NCBI GenBank assembly: GCA_905195085.1
Contig: CAJJUK010000001.1
Coordinates: 41,719-105,718, forward strand
From: an uncultured Christensenella sp.
Lineage (GTDB): Bacteria > Bacillota > Clostridia > Christensenellales > UBA1242
Direction: 5' to 3'
Length of the DNA stretch: 64,000 bases
The notes under the pieces were generated by a model, which did not search any database, was not told the DNA's origin, and saw only the letters and a list, made by a program, of their open reading frames with translations. The translations under genes and the position numbers were made by a program. Position 1 is the first letter of the stretch; every line of letters starts with the position of its first letter. Below are positions 1 to 8,267 of the stretch, piece after piece.

Positions 1-2
1 TT

Positions 3-164
3 TCATTCCCAGCATTGGTTGCAGGGCTTACTGCAGGTGCAGGGGTAGGACTTGTCATTTTGTTTACAAGAAACAAAAAGCATATGCTTGAAAATTTTGG
101 TATTCTTGCTTTGCAATATGCAGTCGGCGTTATTTCAGGAATGTTCCTGACAATCTTTTTCTGA
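3..164 (+). CDS. C-terminal fragment of an integral membrane protein (5' end outside window)
   Basis: Frame 3 is open from the window edge to TGA at 162-164. It reads SFPALVAGLTAGAGVGLVILF...GVISGMFLTIFF, which is two hydrophobic helices. A terminator follows. 53 aa is too short for a family call. Confidence 0.5.
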   Translation, partial: SFPALVAGLTAGAGVGLVILFTRNKKHMLENFGILALQYAVGVISGMFLTIFF

Positions 165-204
165 AAATAAAGTGAAAGAAATATCAATGATCAAATTCAG
201 AAAA

Positions 205-240
205 AATAAAAACACCATCAAAATTGAAGGTGTTTTTTTG
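205..240. terminator. Bidirectional rho-independent terminator
   Basis: Stem AAACACC (210-216) pairs with GGTGTTT (229-235) over a 12-nt loop. An A-run precedes it and a T-run follows. It sits between convergent genes. Confidence 0.7.
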
Positions 241-296
241 TTGCATAAGTTGCTCTGTGGTTGAAAAATACAAGCAGGTTTAGACTGTTTTTGACA

Positions 297-548
297 TTAA
301 CCATGCAAGCCGTTTGCCTGTCTTTCCATGTTTTCGACAACAATGTCTTGAATGTCACCAAGTGAGTCACAATATTCCAGAACTTTCCATGGTGTGTTTG
401 TGTGGAAATGAATTTTGATAAGTTCGTCATCTCCAACAACAAGCAAACAATCTCCTTCAATGTTGTCTGTGATGTATTGTCTGATTTTTTCGTCAGACAA
501 ATTTTTTCCTTCAATCAAAAGTTGTGTGTCAAATTTGTATTCAATCAT
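297..548 (-). CDS. Small stand-alone protein resembling the FakA/YloV (DAK2-fusion) non-kinase domain
   Basis: ATG at 548 is preceded by GGAAGGGAAG. The sequence GDCLLVVGDDELIKIHFHTNTPWKVLEY..GDIQDIVVENM matches the recurrent YloV/FakA segment (GDSLLVVGD..iKvHvHT..P..vle). It is only 83 aa. Confidence 0.6.
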   Translation of the reverse strand: MIEYKFDTQLLIEGKNLSDEKIRQYITDNIEGDCLLVVGDDELIKIHFHTNTPWKVLEYCDSLGDIQDIVVENMERQANGLHG

Positions 549-570
549 TTTTTCTTCCCTTCCTTTGTTT

Positions 571-1206
571 TTAGTTTTGATTGTAAAAATCAAACGCTTT
601 CATGATTTCTTCCAAGTCTTCTGTTGGATTTAAAGCCTCTTCAAAATCGAAACCACTTTCACTTACGGGCAAATCTTTCAAAGTTTTTGGTTCTTTTTTG
701 ATGGTAGAAATATGGACTTCTTTTGGAGGCTCATGCCCTTTCTTATAGTCCTGCATTTTGTTAAGAAGCAGGCGCATGCTGTCATTTTCTGAGTAGATAG
801 GTTGAGTGATGACAGAAGCTTTCTCAAGTTTGTCTTTGTAATCATGAATGATGTTTGAAAATTCATAAAGCAAGTTCATAAAGTCCTGATTTTTTTTCAG
901 TTCTGGAAACTTCAATGACAGTTCTTTGAGCAACAATTCCAATTTGTCCATAATCAACTTGTAATATGTTTTTGAGCCTTCTTCTTGGAATTTTTTTGCT
1001 TTTTCAATGGCATTAAGAGCAGTCATGATGTTTTTTTCTTTGTTTTCAATTTCAAAGCGTTCATTTTTCATGTCCAAAACTTTCTTTTCAGAATCCAAAG
1101 CTTTAAGTTTTTCTTCCATGAGTTTTGCTTCATAATTTGCTTTCATTCTTTGAATGTAACTGTCTACTTCTGATTTTTTATAGCCATCAGTTTCCTGTGA
1201 AAACAT
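571..1206 (-). CDS. DivIVA-domain coiled-coil protein
   Basis: N-terminal F..ETDGYKKSEVDSYIQ is the DivIVA-type motif and the rest is heptad-rich. I prefer ATG 1206, which has GGAG 9 nt upstream and starts 2 nt after the upstream stop. The ORF-track start at 1221 has no SD. Confidence 0.7.
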   Translation of the reverse strand: MFSQETDGYKKSEVDSYIQRMKANYEAKLMEEKLKALDSEKKVLDMKNERFEIENKEKNIMTALNAIEKAKKFQEEGSKTYYKLIMDKLELLLKELSLKFPELKKNQDFMNLLYEFSNIIHDYKDKLEKASVITQPIYSENDSMRLLLNKMQDYKKGHEPPKEVHISTIKKEPKTLKDLPVSESGFDFEEALNPTEDLEEIMKAFDFYNQN

Positions 1207-1208
1207 AC

Positions 1209-1709
1209 CTACTTTCTCCATTTTTTGTCATAAAATATTTCTACAACTAATAATACCAAAAATAGAGATATAAAAGCAATAAAAATAGGCAATGTTATAA
1301 AATTTTTTACCAGCAAAAGAGCAAAAATAGTCACGAAAATTAGCGAATAAGCAAATATGAGATGAAAGTTTTGTCCGGTGAAAATGAAGGTGAAAATAGA
1401 TGCCAAAATGAATGCCAAAGAGATGAAAAATGGGGCATAATTGCGAGTTTCTGTAAACCAAAAAAGATATCCGGCAAGTCCAATAAACAGAAGTAAAAAA
1501 CCTATGTAAAGGGCGCTGTCAAGTTTAAAGAAAAAGCCTTTGACAATTTGAAACAGCCCAAGAGAGATGCAGAAATTATAGAACCAAAGGTCTGGAATTT
1601 TTAGGGAGTAAAGTGCGAAAAAGGTTGCGACAGCAAAGCATAAAAAAAGAAAAATTGCCGTTATTTTCAACAGCAGACTTTTCTTAATCCCAAACACTCT
1701 TCCTTTCAT
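1209..1709 (-). CDS. Polytopic membrane protein, unknown function
   Basis: 166-aa ORF made almost entirely of hydrophobic helices. It abuts the DivIVA-like gene. Confidence 0.6.
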   Translation of the reverse strand: MKGRVFGIKKSLLLKITAIFLFLCFAVATFFALYSLKIPDLWFYNFCISLGLFQIVKGFFFKLDSALYIGFLLLFIGLAGYLFWFTETRNYAPFFISLAFILASIFTFIFTGQNFHLIFAYSLIFVTIFALLLVKNFITLPIFIAFISLFLVLLVVEIFYDKKWRK

Positions 1710-1771
1710 GGAATTATTATGTTTATAATTTTATGTTTTAAACTTGTAATCAATTGTTTTGCAAATCTGAT

Positions 1772-2623
1772 TTAAAGGTCTGACTTCACTATTTCCATAA
1801 TTTTATCAAAACTGTCTTCACTTTTCTTTTTGGTTAAGGTGTTGTATAAGATTATTGCAAGCCCAAGAATGATGAAAATGACGCTTAATAATTGTGAAAT
1901 TCTGATTGAACCTAAATACAAACTGTCAGTTCTCAACCCTTCAATGAACATTCTTCCGATGCCATAGAGAATGAGATAATATGAAGCAACCATTCCATTT
2001 CTTTTGAAGTTAACTTTGTAGAGCAGAATCATCAAAATTGCAAAGGAAATGAAGTTCCATAAACTCTCATAGAAGAATGTTGCCAAGTGCCAGCCACTTC
2101 CACCACAGGTGCAGTCAGGTTGTGTGCAATGGTCAATGTAAACTCCAAATGGGAACCATTGCCAACTTGGATTTTCAATTGGGTAGCCATAGGCTTCTTG
2201 ATTGAAGAAGTTTCCCCAACGTCCAAGTGCTTGAGCGCAAATAAGGGCAGGGGCGATGATGTCAATCAAGGCAAAGAAGTTTTTCTTGTGGATAAGACAA
2301 TAAAGCAGGACTGCCAATGCTCCACCGATCAAACCGCCGTAGAATCCAAGCCCGCCTTCCCAAATTTTGAAGATATCCCAAAAGTTTGTGTAATATTCCA
2401 ATCTAAACAAAACATAGTAAAGTCTTGCGCCAATAATGGCAAAAGGAATGACATAGCAAGCAAGTGTCACTATATCTTCAATTTTGAAACCTCTCTTTTT
2501 TGCGACTAGACAAGTGATGACAATGCCTAAAAGATAAGAGAGGGCACTGATGATTCCGTAGAAATTCACTCTCCAACCAAACAGGTCAAAACCACTTGGT
2601 ATTGAAAGAATTATGTTGCTCAT
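1772..2623 (-). CDS. lgt: Prolipoprotein diacylglyceryl transferase
   Basis: 283-aa polytopic protein with Lgt hallmarks: GGLGFYGGLIGG and GRWGNFFNQEAYG. Confidence 0.92.
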   Translation of the reverse strand: MSNIILSIPSGFDLFGWRVNFYGIISALSYLLGIVITCLVAKKRGFKIEDIVTLACYVIPFAIIGARLYYVLFRLEYYTNFWDIFKIWEGGLGFYGGLIGGALAVLLYCLIHKKNFFALIDIIAPALICAQALGRWGNFFNQEAYGYPIENPSWQWFPFGVYIDHCTQPDCTCGGSGWHLATFFYESLWNFISFAILMILLYKVNFKRNGMVASYYLILYGIGRMFIEGLRTDSLYLGSIRISQLLSVIFIILGLAIILYNTLTKKKSEDSFDKIMEIVKSDL

Positions 2624-2699
2624 TATACCTCCAGTTGAATGGGCGAGGTTGCTCTTAAAATTATATTAATAAGTATAAAAATTTAGACATATAAAGTCA

Positions 2700-2738
2700 A
2701 ACAAAAAACAAAGCGTTCTTATGAATTCATAAAAACGC
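2700..2738 (-). terminator. Rho-independent terminator after the Rho-like gene
   Basis: The minus strand reads GCGTTTTTATGAATTCATAAGAACGC, a ~12-bp stem with one mismatch, followed by TTTGTTTTTTG. Confidence 0.6.
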
Positions 2739-2772
2739 CTATTTGCAATGACAATCGTTTGTGTGTTGAATC

Positions 2773-3969
2773 TTATAACTCAATCTTTTTTGAAACTTTG
2801 TAAACAGCTGAAACATACATTTGGTCAAACATATCTGTTTCGTCTAGGGTGGTGAAAATTGTTGTGTGTTTGTGTTCTCCACCGGCCTTGGCCAAAAGCA
2901 TGAGTTGTTTGATTATGTCAACAGCATTTTCTGTGTGTCCCATGAGAACTTTTGTGTTTGTTTTGAATGCGAAATCAATATCGTTTGCCAAGGTGGTTAT
3001 ATCCTGCACAAACAAAGCAACTCTCAAGCCTTGTTGTTGCAAACGTTTGATGTGTTCAATGACCATGAGCATCGTTTCATATACGGAGAGTGGGCGGTCA
3101 TTGTAATTAAGAACAAACAAATTGTTGAATCCCAAACTTTTGATTGCTTCTTGGTCTTCAAACATCACATTTGGAATGATTCCCAAAGTGATTATCTTGT
3201 TTTCATTGAGTTTCTTAAGCAAATTTTTGAATTTGTCAATGTTATCAATGAACTTGCCTTGTTTCAACATATATCTGCTTCCCAAAACAATTTCGTTATT
3301 CTCAAAAGCAAGTTTTTGGGTTGGAACAGTCTGTTCATATTCGTTTGTGATGTCTTGATAGTTTTGATAATTTTGGAAATTGAGATATTCAATGCTGTCA
3401 AGTATGTAATCTTTTTCCTCATTCATAATGACTGCAGTTCCGACAACATAGTCATAAGGTTTGAGTCTTGTGTCCATGTTCTTTTTAACCAAAACAAAAC
3501 CTTTTTTTTCGGAATTGTATTGGTTGTAGAAGAAAAATTCTTTTTCGTTTCTTTCGCAAAGGATTCCTTTAACTTTGATTGGAAAGAGTTTCTGTTTGAT
3601 CACATCATCTTCCATTTGTCTGAAGGTGACAACTTTTTGTAAACGATTTGTTCCTCTTTGTTGATTAGATTTCAAGGAATAGTCCTTTCCAGTGATTTGA
3701 GAAAGTTCTGCCAAAATGCCTTCAATGTTGCTGAGTTCTTTATATGGTCTGCCTTGTCTGAGAGGAATTGGTTTCAAATCTTCCCCAGAAATGATTTTGT
3801 TCATGACAATAGAGATATGGTCATTTCTCTTCAAGGTGGTAGGTGAATTGTCGCCAAAAACTCTTGCAAGTGCTCTGAGTTCATAAATTCCCAAAGACTC
3901 AATAAGTGATAAACAATCTTGTTGAGCCTTTGTCAGATTGTTAAATTCGTAAGCATTTTGTTTTGCCAT
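2773..3969 (-). CDS. Rho-like protein lacking a Walker A P-loop
   Basis: ATG 3969 has AAAGGAG 7 nt upstream. The N-terminus resembles the Rho N-terminal bundle (ELRALARVFG...). The C-terminus is collinear with the Rho RecA core (LRVALFVQDITTLAN...TTIFTTLDETDMFDQMY). No GxxxxGK[ST] motif occurs anywhere. Confidence 0.6.
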   Translation of the reverse strand: MAKQNAYEFNNLTKAQQDCLSLIESLGIYELRALARVFGDNSPTTLKRNDHISIVMNKIISGEDLKPIPLRQGRPYKELSNIEGILAELSQITGKDYSLKSNQQRGTNRLQKVVTFRQMEDDVIKQKLFPIKVKGILCERNEKEFFFYNQYNSEKKGFVLVKKNMDTRLKPYDYVVGTAVIMNEEKDYILDSIEYLNFQNYQNYQDITNEYEQTVPTQKLAFENNEIVLGSRYMLKQGKFIDNIDKFKNLLKKLNENKIITLGIIPNVMFEDQEAIKSLGFNNLFVLNYNDRPLSVYETMLMVIEHIKRLQQQGLRVALFVQDITTLANDIDFAFKTNTKVLMGHTENAVDIIKQLMLLAKAGGEHKHTTIFTTLDETDMFDQMYVSAVYKVSKKIEL

Positions 3970-4022
3970 AAATTGCTCCTTTCTCGTTTCGTAAAATTTA
4001 AAAATATTCAAAATACGTTGTT

Positions 4023-4051
4023 ATTATATCACATTTCGACACGAAATACAA
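4023..4051 (-). promoter_or_regulatory. Sigma-A-type promoter for the Rho-like gene
   Basis: The minus strand reads TTGTAT, a 17-nt spacer, then TG-a-TATAAT (extended -10). The spacer contains TGTCGAA. Confidence 0.5.
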
Positions 4052-4116
4052 ATAAAACCCAACAAAAGCAAAAAAAATTCAAAATAACAAAAATTATCAA
4101 AATTTTCAAAATTAGA

Positions 4117-4150
4117 TTGCATATCACACAAGATGTTGTGTATTATGCAA
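4117..4150. repeat. Palindromic repeat unit (family member 1)
   Basis: TTGCATATCACACAA-gatg-TTGTGTATTATGCAA has 15-nt imperfect inverted arms. It starts 1 nt beyond the SDR gene stop codon. Confidence 0.8.
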
Positions 4151-4888
4151 TTATTCGAGCACTAAACCACCATCTACATACAAGGTTTGACCGGTGATGA
4201 AAGATGCATTATCACTTGACAAAAATGCAACTGCGTTTGCAATGTCATCTGTTGTTCCAAGCCTTTTGAGAGGGGTAATTTCACAAAATTCATCTTTTTC
4301 TTCTTGTGAAAGATTGTTGTTCATTTTTGTGTCAATGAATCCAGGTGCAACGACATTTATTCTCACATCAAGATTTCCAAGTTCGCTTGCCAATGATTTA
4401 CACAAGCCGGAAAGTCCACTTTTTGTTGCTGTGTAAACACTTTCACAGGAACAGCCGTTTTTGTTGACGAAAGAACCAATCAAAACTATGCCTGCAGGGT
4501 TCTTGTTTATTGTGCGCTTTGTGAATTCTCTTATGCATCTGATTGCAGATTTGATGTTTACTTCAAACAGATTGTCGATTTCTTCATCGGACACATCAAA
4601 AATCAGTTGCCTTTTTTGGGCAACTCCTGAACAAAAAACCAAAGTATCCCAATATTTGAAGTCATGTTCCATTTCTTCAAACACCTTCTTAATTTGTGCA
4701 GGTTGGCATAAATCAAGTTTATAACTTTTGATTTCAACGTTTTTCTTGTTTTCAATTTCTTTTTCAAAATCAACTTGATTTGAGTTGTATGTAAGTGCCA
4801 AATTAAATCCTTCTTGAGCCATATGTTTTGCAGTTTCAAGTCCGATATCACTTGAAGCACCAATAATTATTGCTGTTTTCTTTATCAT
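4151..4888 (-). CDS. Short-chain dehydrogenase/reductase (FabG-like)
   Basis: GASSDIG nucleotide-binding motif, catalytic YTATK (YxxxK) and NVVAPGFIDT. Confidence 0.85.
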   Translation of the reverse strand: MIKKTAIIIGASSDIGLETAKHMAQEGFNLALTYNSNQVDFEKEIENKKNVEIKSYKLDLCQPAQIKKVFEEMEHDFKYWDTLVFCSGVAQKRQLIFDVSDEEIDNLFEVNIKSAIRCIREFTKRTINKNPAGIVLIGSFVNKNGCSCESVYTATKSGLSGLCKSLASELGNLDVRINVVAPGFIDTKMNNNLSQEEKDEFCEITPLKRLGTTDDIANAVAFLSSDNASFITGQTLYVDGGLVLE

Positions 4889-5076
4889 TTTAATCCTCCA
4901 ATTTTTATTTTGTTATTGACATTATAACATAGATTGCATTAGGAAAATAGTTCTTTTTTCAAGAACCTAAAATTGATGACAACTTTCTGAAGGTTGTTTA
5001 TTAACAAAACAATATCTAAAAAGGGAAACACTTGTTTTTATTAATCTTCAAAAACGAAGTGGAAAAGCTGACAGAT

Positions 5077-5919
5077 TTATGATTCAGCAATCCATGCAAG
5101 ACCGATTGCTGGGCCAACGTGTGCAGCATTAACTGGGCCCACTTCACCTTCATAAACTTCAATTTTGTCTTTGTCTGGGCGTTTTGCAAGATATTCATAA
5201 ACAAATTTCTTTAACATTTCAAAGAATTTTGTGTTGGCAATATGAATAATGAACAATCTTTTTATTTTTTCAGGGATAGAAGCAATAAGGTCCTTCATTG
5301 CTTTTTGAAGACCAATGCTTTTCTTGTCGGATAATGTCCCTTGTTTAAAGGTGATTATTGGTTTGATTTTCAAAATTGAACCTATTGTGGCAGTGACTTT
5401 TCCAATTCTTCCACCTTTTGCGAGATATTCCAAAGTGTCAGGAATGAAAGAAACTGCGCTGTTTGGAATAAGGCTTTCAATACGTTTGATGATTTCTTCA
5501 CAAGTGGCACCGGCATTTCTCATGTTAACCGCTTCCATTACATATCCCAAAACTGTTTGGGTGTTTCCTTGAGAATCAATCACATGAACTTTGCTTGGAT
5601 CTTTGCATTGATCTTTTGCAAGGCAAGCAACACTATAAGTGCCAGAAAGGGTGCTGCTGATTGTGAAAACAATGACTTCATCTCCCTTATCAATGGCTTT
5701 TTCATATTCTTCAATGAAAGTTTCCAAAGAAGGTTGGCTTGTTTTTGGAAAAACTTTTGTCTTTGTGAAATCTTCAAAAAAGGCATCGTATGTTCCAGGA
5801 TACCCTTCATCAAACTCTTGGTCTTTGTATAAAACTCTGAGTGGAATAACAGTTATATCATTTGCTTCAGCATATTCTTTTGGAGTATATGCCGTACTAT
5901 CAACGATGATTTTAATCAT
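5077..5919 (-). CDS. DegV family fatty-acid-binding protein (FakB-like)
   Basis: The N-terminus MIKIIVDSTAYTP..., the TSQPS motif and the 280-aa length are typical of DegV. Confidence 0.9.
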   Translation of the reverse strand: MIKIIVDSTAYTPKEYAEANDITVIPLRVLYKDQEFDEGYPGTYDAFFEDFTKTKVFPKTSQPSLETFIEEYEKAIDKGDEVIVFTISSTLSGTYSVACLAKDQCKDPSKVHVIDSQGNTQTVLGYVMEAVNMRNAGATCEEIIKRIESLIPNSAVSFIPDTLEYLAKGGRIGKVTATIGSILKIKPIITFKQGTLSDKKSIGLQKAMKDLIASIPEKIKRLFIIHIANTKFFEMLKKFVYEYLAKRPDKDKIEVYEGEVGPVNAAHVGPAIGLAWIAES

Positions 5920-6052
5920 AATTTTCTCCTTAATGGTCCATTTTGGACTTCTCTTATTTTAGCATACAAAATTTTCTTTTCCAAATGATTTTTATATGTT
6001 TCATCACTTTGTGTATGTGCGAATTTTGACGAATGACAAAACCCTCAATTTG

Positions 6053-6081
6053 TTGACTTACTTTGTTTTATATGTTATATT
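6053..6081 (+). promoter_or_regulatory. Sigma-A-type promoter upstream of lysS
   Basis: TTGACT, 17-nt spacer, TG-t-TATATT. It lies ~33 nt upstream of the lysS SD (GGAGG). Confidence 0.5.
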
Positions 6082-6113
6082 TAAACATAATATTCAAAAA
6101 GCGGAGGCATTAA

Positions 6114-7571
6114 ATGGAAGAAAACTTATCAAACGAAATTGATATAAGAAGACAAAAAATCGAAGAACTCAAGAAAATGGGAGAAATTCCATACAAAGAG
6201 AAGTTTGAAAGAACTTGCACAATCAAAGAAGCAAGAGAAAAATTGGGCGAACATGTCAAAATTGCTGGTCGTATCATTTTTCGTCGTATAATGGGAAAGT
6301 TTGGTTTCTGCCAAATCAGAGATATCTATGACAAAATTCAAATTTCAGTTGGAAGAAATGAGTTTTCAGAAGAAGACTATAATTTCTACAAAAAGATGAT
6401 TGATATTGGTGACTTTATTGGAGTTGAAGGGGAAGTTTATCAAACACAAACTGGTGAAATTACAGTCAAGGCAGAAAAGGTTGTTTTGCTTTCAAAAACA
6501 CTTCGTCCGCTTCCAGAAAAATTCCACGGAATTGCAGACACTGAGATTAAATATCGTCAGCGTTATCTTGACCTTATCACAAATGAAGACAGCAGAAAGA
6601 TTTTCTTAACAAGAAGCAAGGTTGTTTCATTTATCAGAAGATATTTGGAAGACAATGGTTTCATTGAAGTTGAAACTCCAATCTTGCAGACAAGTGTTTC
6701 TGGTGCGAGTGCAAAACCTTTCTTCACACATCACAATGCTTTGGACATTGAATGTAACTTGAGAATTGCAACAGAGTGTCATTTGAAGCAATGTATTGGT
6801 GCAGGAATTGACAGAGTTTTTGAACTTGGAAAAGACTTCAGAAACGAAGGAATGGATCCATCTCACCTTCAAGAATTCACTCAGGTTGAGTGGTATGCTT
6901 CTTATTGGAACTTTGAAGACAACATCAAATTCTTCCAAACAATGCTGACGAGTCTTATGCAAGAATGTTTGGGAACAACAAAAATCAACTATCAGGGTCA
7001 GGAAATTGACTTTGGTGGACAATGGCCAAGAATTGATTATGTTGCAAGAATGAGAGAACTTTTGGGTTGTGATTTTCTTTCAATTGATGATGTTGACGAA
7101 TTGAAAAAGATTGTTGTTGACAGAGGGCTTTTTGGCTATACAGAACTTGAAGAATGCAAGACTGTCAGAACCCTTATTGATTATGTCTATAAACGTAAAA
7201 TTCGTGCTGACATTGTCAATCCAACAATTCTTTACAACTATCCAGCATCTCTCATTCCTCTTGCCAGAAGAAATGATAAAGATGAAAGAATTATTGATGT
7301 TTTCCAAGTGGTTGCAGGTGGTGCAGAACTTGTTAAGGCATATTCTGAGCTTGTTGATCCAATCACTCAAAGAAGAACATTGGAACTTCAACTTGAAGAA
7401 AAGAAGGCTGGCGATGAAGAGACTATGGACGTTGATGAAGATTTCTTGCTTGCAATGGAACATGGTATGCCACCAATTTCAGGTTTGGGTTTTGGAATTG
7501 ACAGGTTTTTGCAATTCATTTTCGATTGTCCAAACATCAGAGATGTTGTGCTTTTCCCATTGATGAAATAA
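6114..7571 (+). CDS. lysS: Lysine--tRNA ligase (class II)
   Basis: 485 aa with an N-terminal OB anticodon-binding region and class II motifs (FRNEG, GFGIDRF). Confidence 0.95.
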   Translation: MEENLSNEIDIRRQKIEELKKMGEIPYKEKFERTCTIKEAREKLGEHVKIAGRIIFRRIMGKFGFCQIRDIYDKIQISVGRNEFSEEDYNFYKKMIDIGDFIGVEGEVYQTQTGEITVKAEKVVLLSKTLRPLPEKFHGIADTEIKYRQRYLDLITNEDSRKIFLTRSKVVSFIRRYLEDNGFIEVETPILQTSVSGASAKPFFTHHNALDIECNLRIATECHLKQCIGAGIDRVFELGKDFRNEGMDPSHLQEFTQVEWYASYWNFEDNIKFFQTMLTSLMQECLGTTKINYQGQEIDFGGQWPRIDYVARMRELLGCDFLSIDDVDELKKIVVDRGLFGYTELEECKTVRTLIDYVYKRKIRADIVNPTILYNYPASLIPLARRNDKDERIIDVFQVVAGGAELVKAYSELVDPITQRRTLELQLEEKKAGDEETMDVDEDFLLAMEHGMPPISGLGFGIDRFLQFIFDCPNIRDVVLFPLMK

Positions 7572-7587
7572 CAAAAGAGGTTGTGCG

Positions 7588-8259
7588 ATGATAGATAGCA
7601 AAAGTGTTGTAAGCGGTCTTGATAAAATGATTGAAAACCCAAGATGTGAACTTGAACATCAAACTCCTTTTGAACTTTTGGTTGCAGTCATTTTGTCTGC
7701 CCAATGCACAGATAAGAGAGTCAATCAGGTCACAAATGAACTTTTCAAAACTCACAACAAACCACAAGATTTTGTCGATATTTCTCAAGAAGAATTGGAA
7801 GAGAAAATTCATTCTTGTGGGTTTTATCACAACAAAGCAAAATCAATCAAGTCCGCAAGCCAAGATATCATAAGCAGATTTGGCGGGAAAGTTCCTGACA
7901 ATTTTGATGACCTTTTGACACTTGCGGGTGTTGGAAGAAAAACAGCAAATGTTGTTATGGCTGTGGCTTTTGGTGGAGATAATTTTGCTGTGGACACTCA
8001 TGTGCTTAGAGTTTCCAATCGTCTTGGACTTGTGAACACCAAGGATCCAAACAAATGCGAAGAAAAATTGTGCGAGATTTTTCCAAAAAATGAATGGTCA
8101 AAATTGCACTATCAAATGGTTTTGTTTGGGAGATATGTATGCAAGGCAATGAAGCCAGATTGTGAAAACTGTGTCTTTAATGCAAATTGTCCAAGTTCAC
8201 GCATAGGCGTTCCGCCAGAAGACTTAAAAACAAAGAAAGATGCAAAAACAAAAAAATAG
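7588..8259 (+). CDS. nth: Endonuclease III
   Basis: HhH-GPD region (FELLVAVILSAQCTD, LAGVGRKTANVV) and a C-terminal 4Fe-4S Cys cluster (CKAMKPDCENCVFNANC). Confidence 0.93.
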   Translation: MIDSKSVVSGLDKMIENPRCELEHQTPFELLVAVILSAQCTDKRVNQVTNELFKTHNKPQDFVDISQEELEEKIHSCGFYHNKAKSIKSASQDIISRFGGKVPDNFDDLLTLAGVGRKTANVVMAVAFGGDNFAVDTHVLRVSNRLGLVNTKDPNKCEEKLCEIFPKNEWSKLHYQMVLFGRYVCKAMKPDCENCVFNANCPSSRIGVPPEDLKTKKDAKTKK

Positions 8260-8267
8260 GAGAGTTT

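Noticed and set aside
5920-6113. Possible T-box leader upstream of lysS (and of proS at 23172).
   Set aside because: The lysS upstream region is under 200 nt. It has no T-box sequence or antiterminator/terminator pair. proS is translationally coupled to xseB with no leader at all.
8187-8267. N-terminal extensions proposed by the ORF track for obg (8187), gap (12889), queA (33183), trxA (38504), hslV (41135), comM (47280), nusB (21358), the trmH-family gene (28462) and spoIIIAG (19953).
   Set aside because: In each case the extension overlaps the upstream gene or lacks an SD. An internal ATG with a good SD gives the canonical conserved N-terminus.
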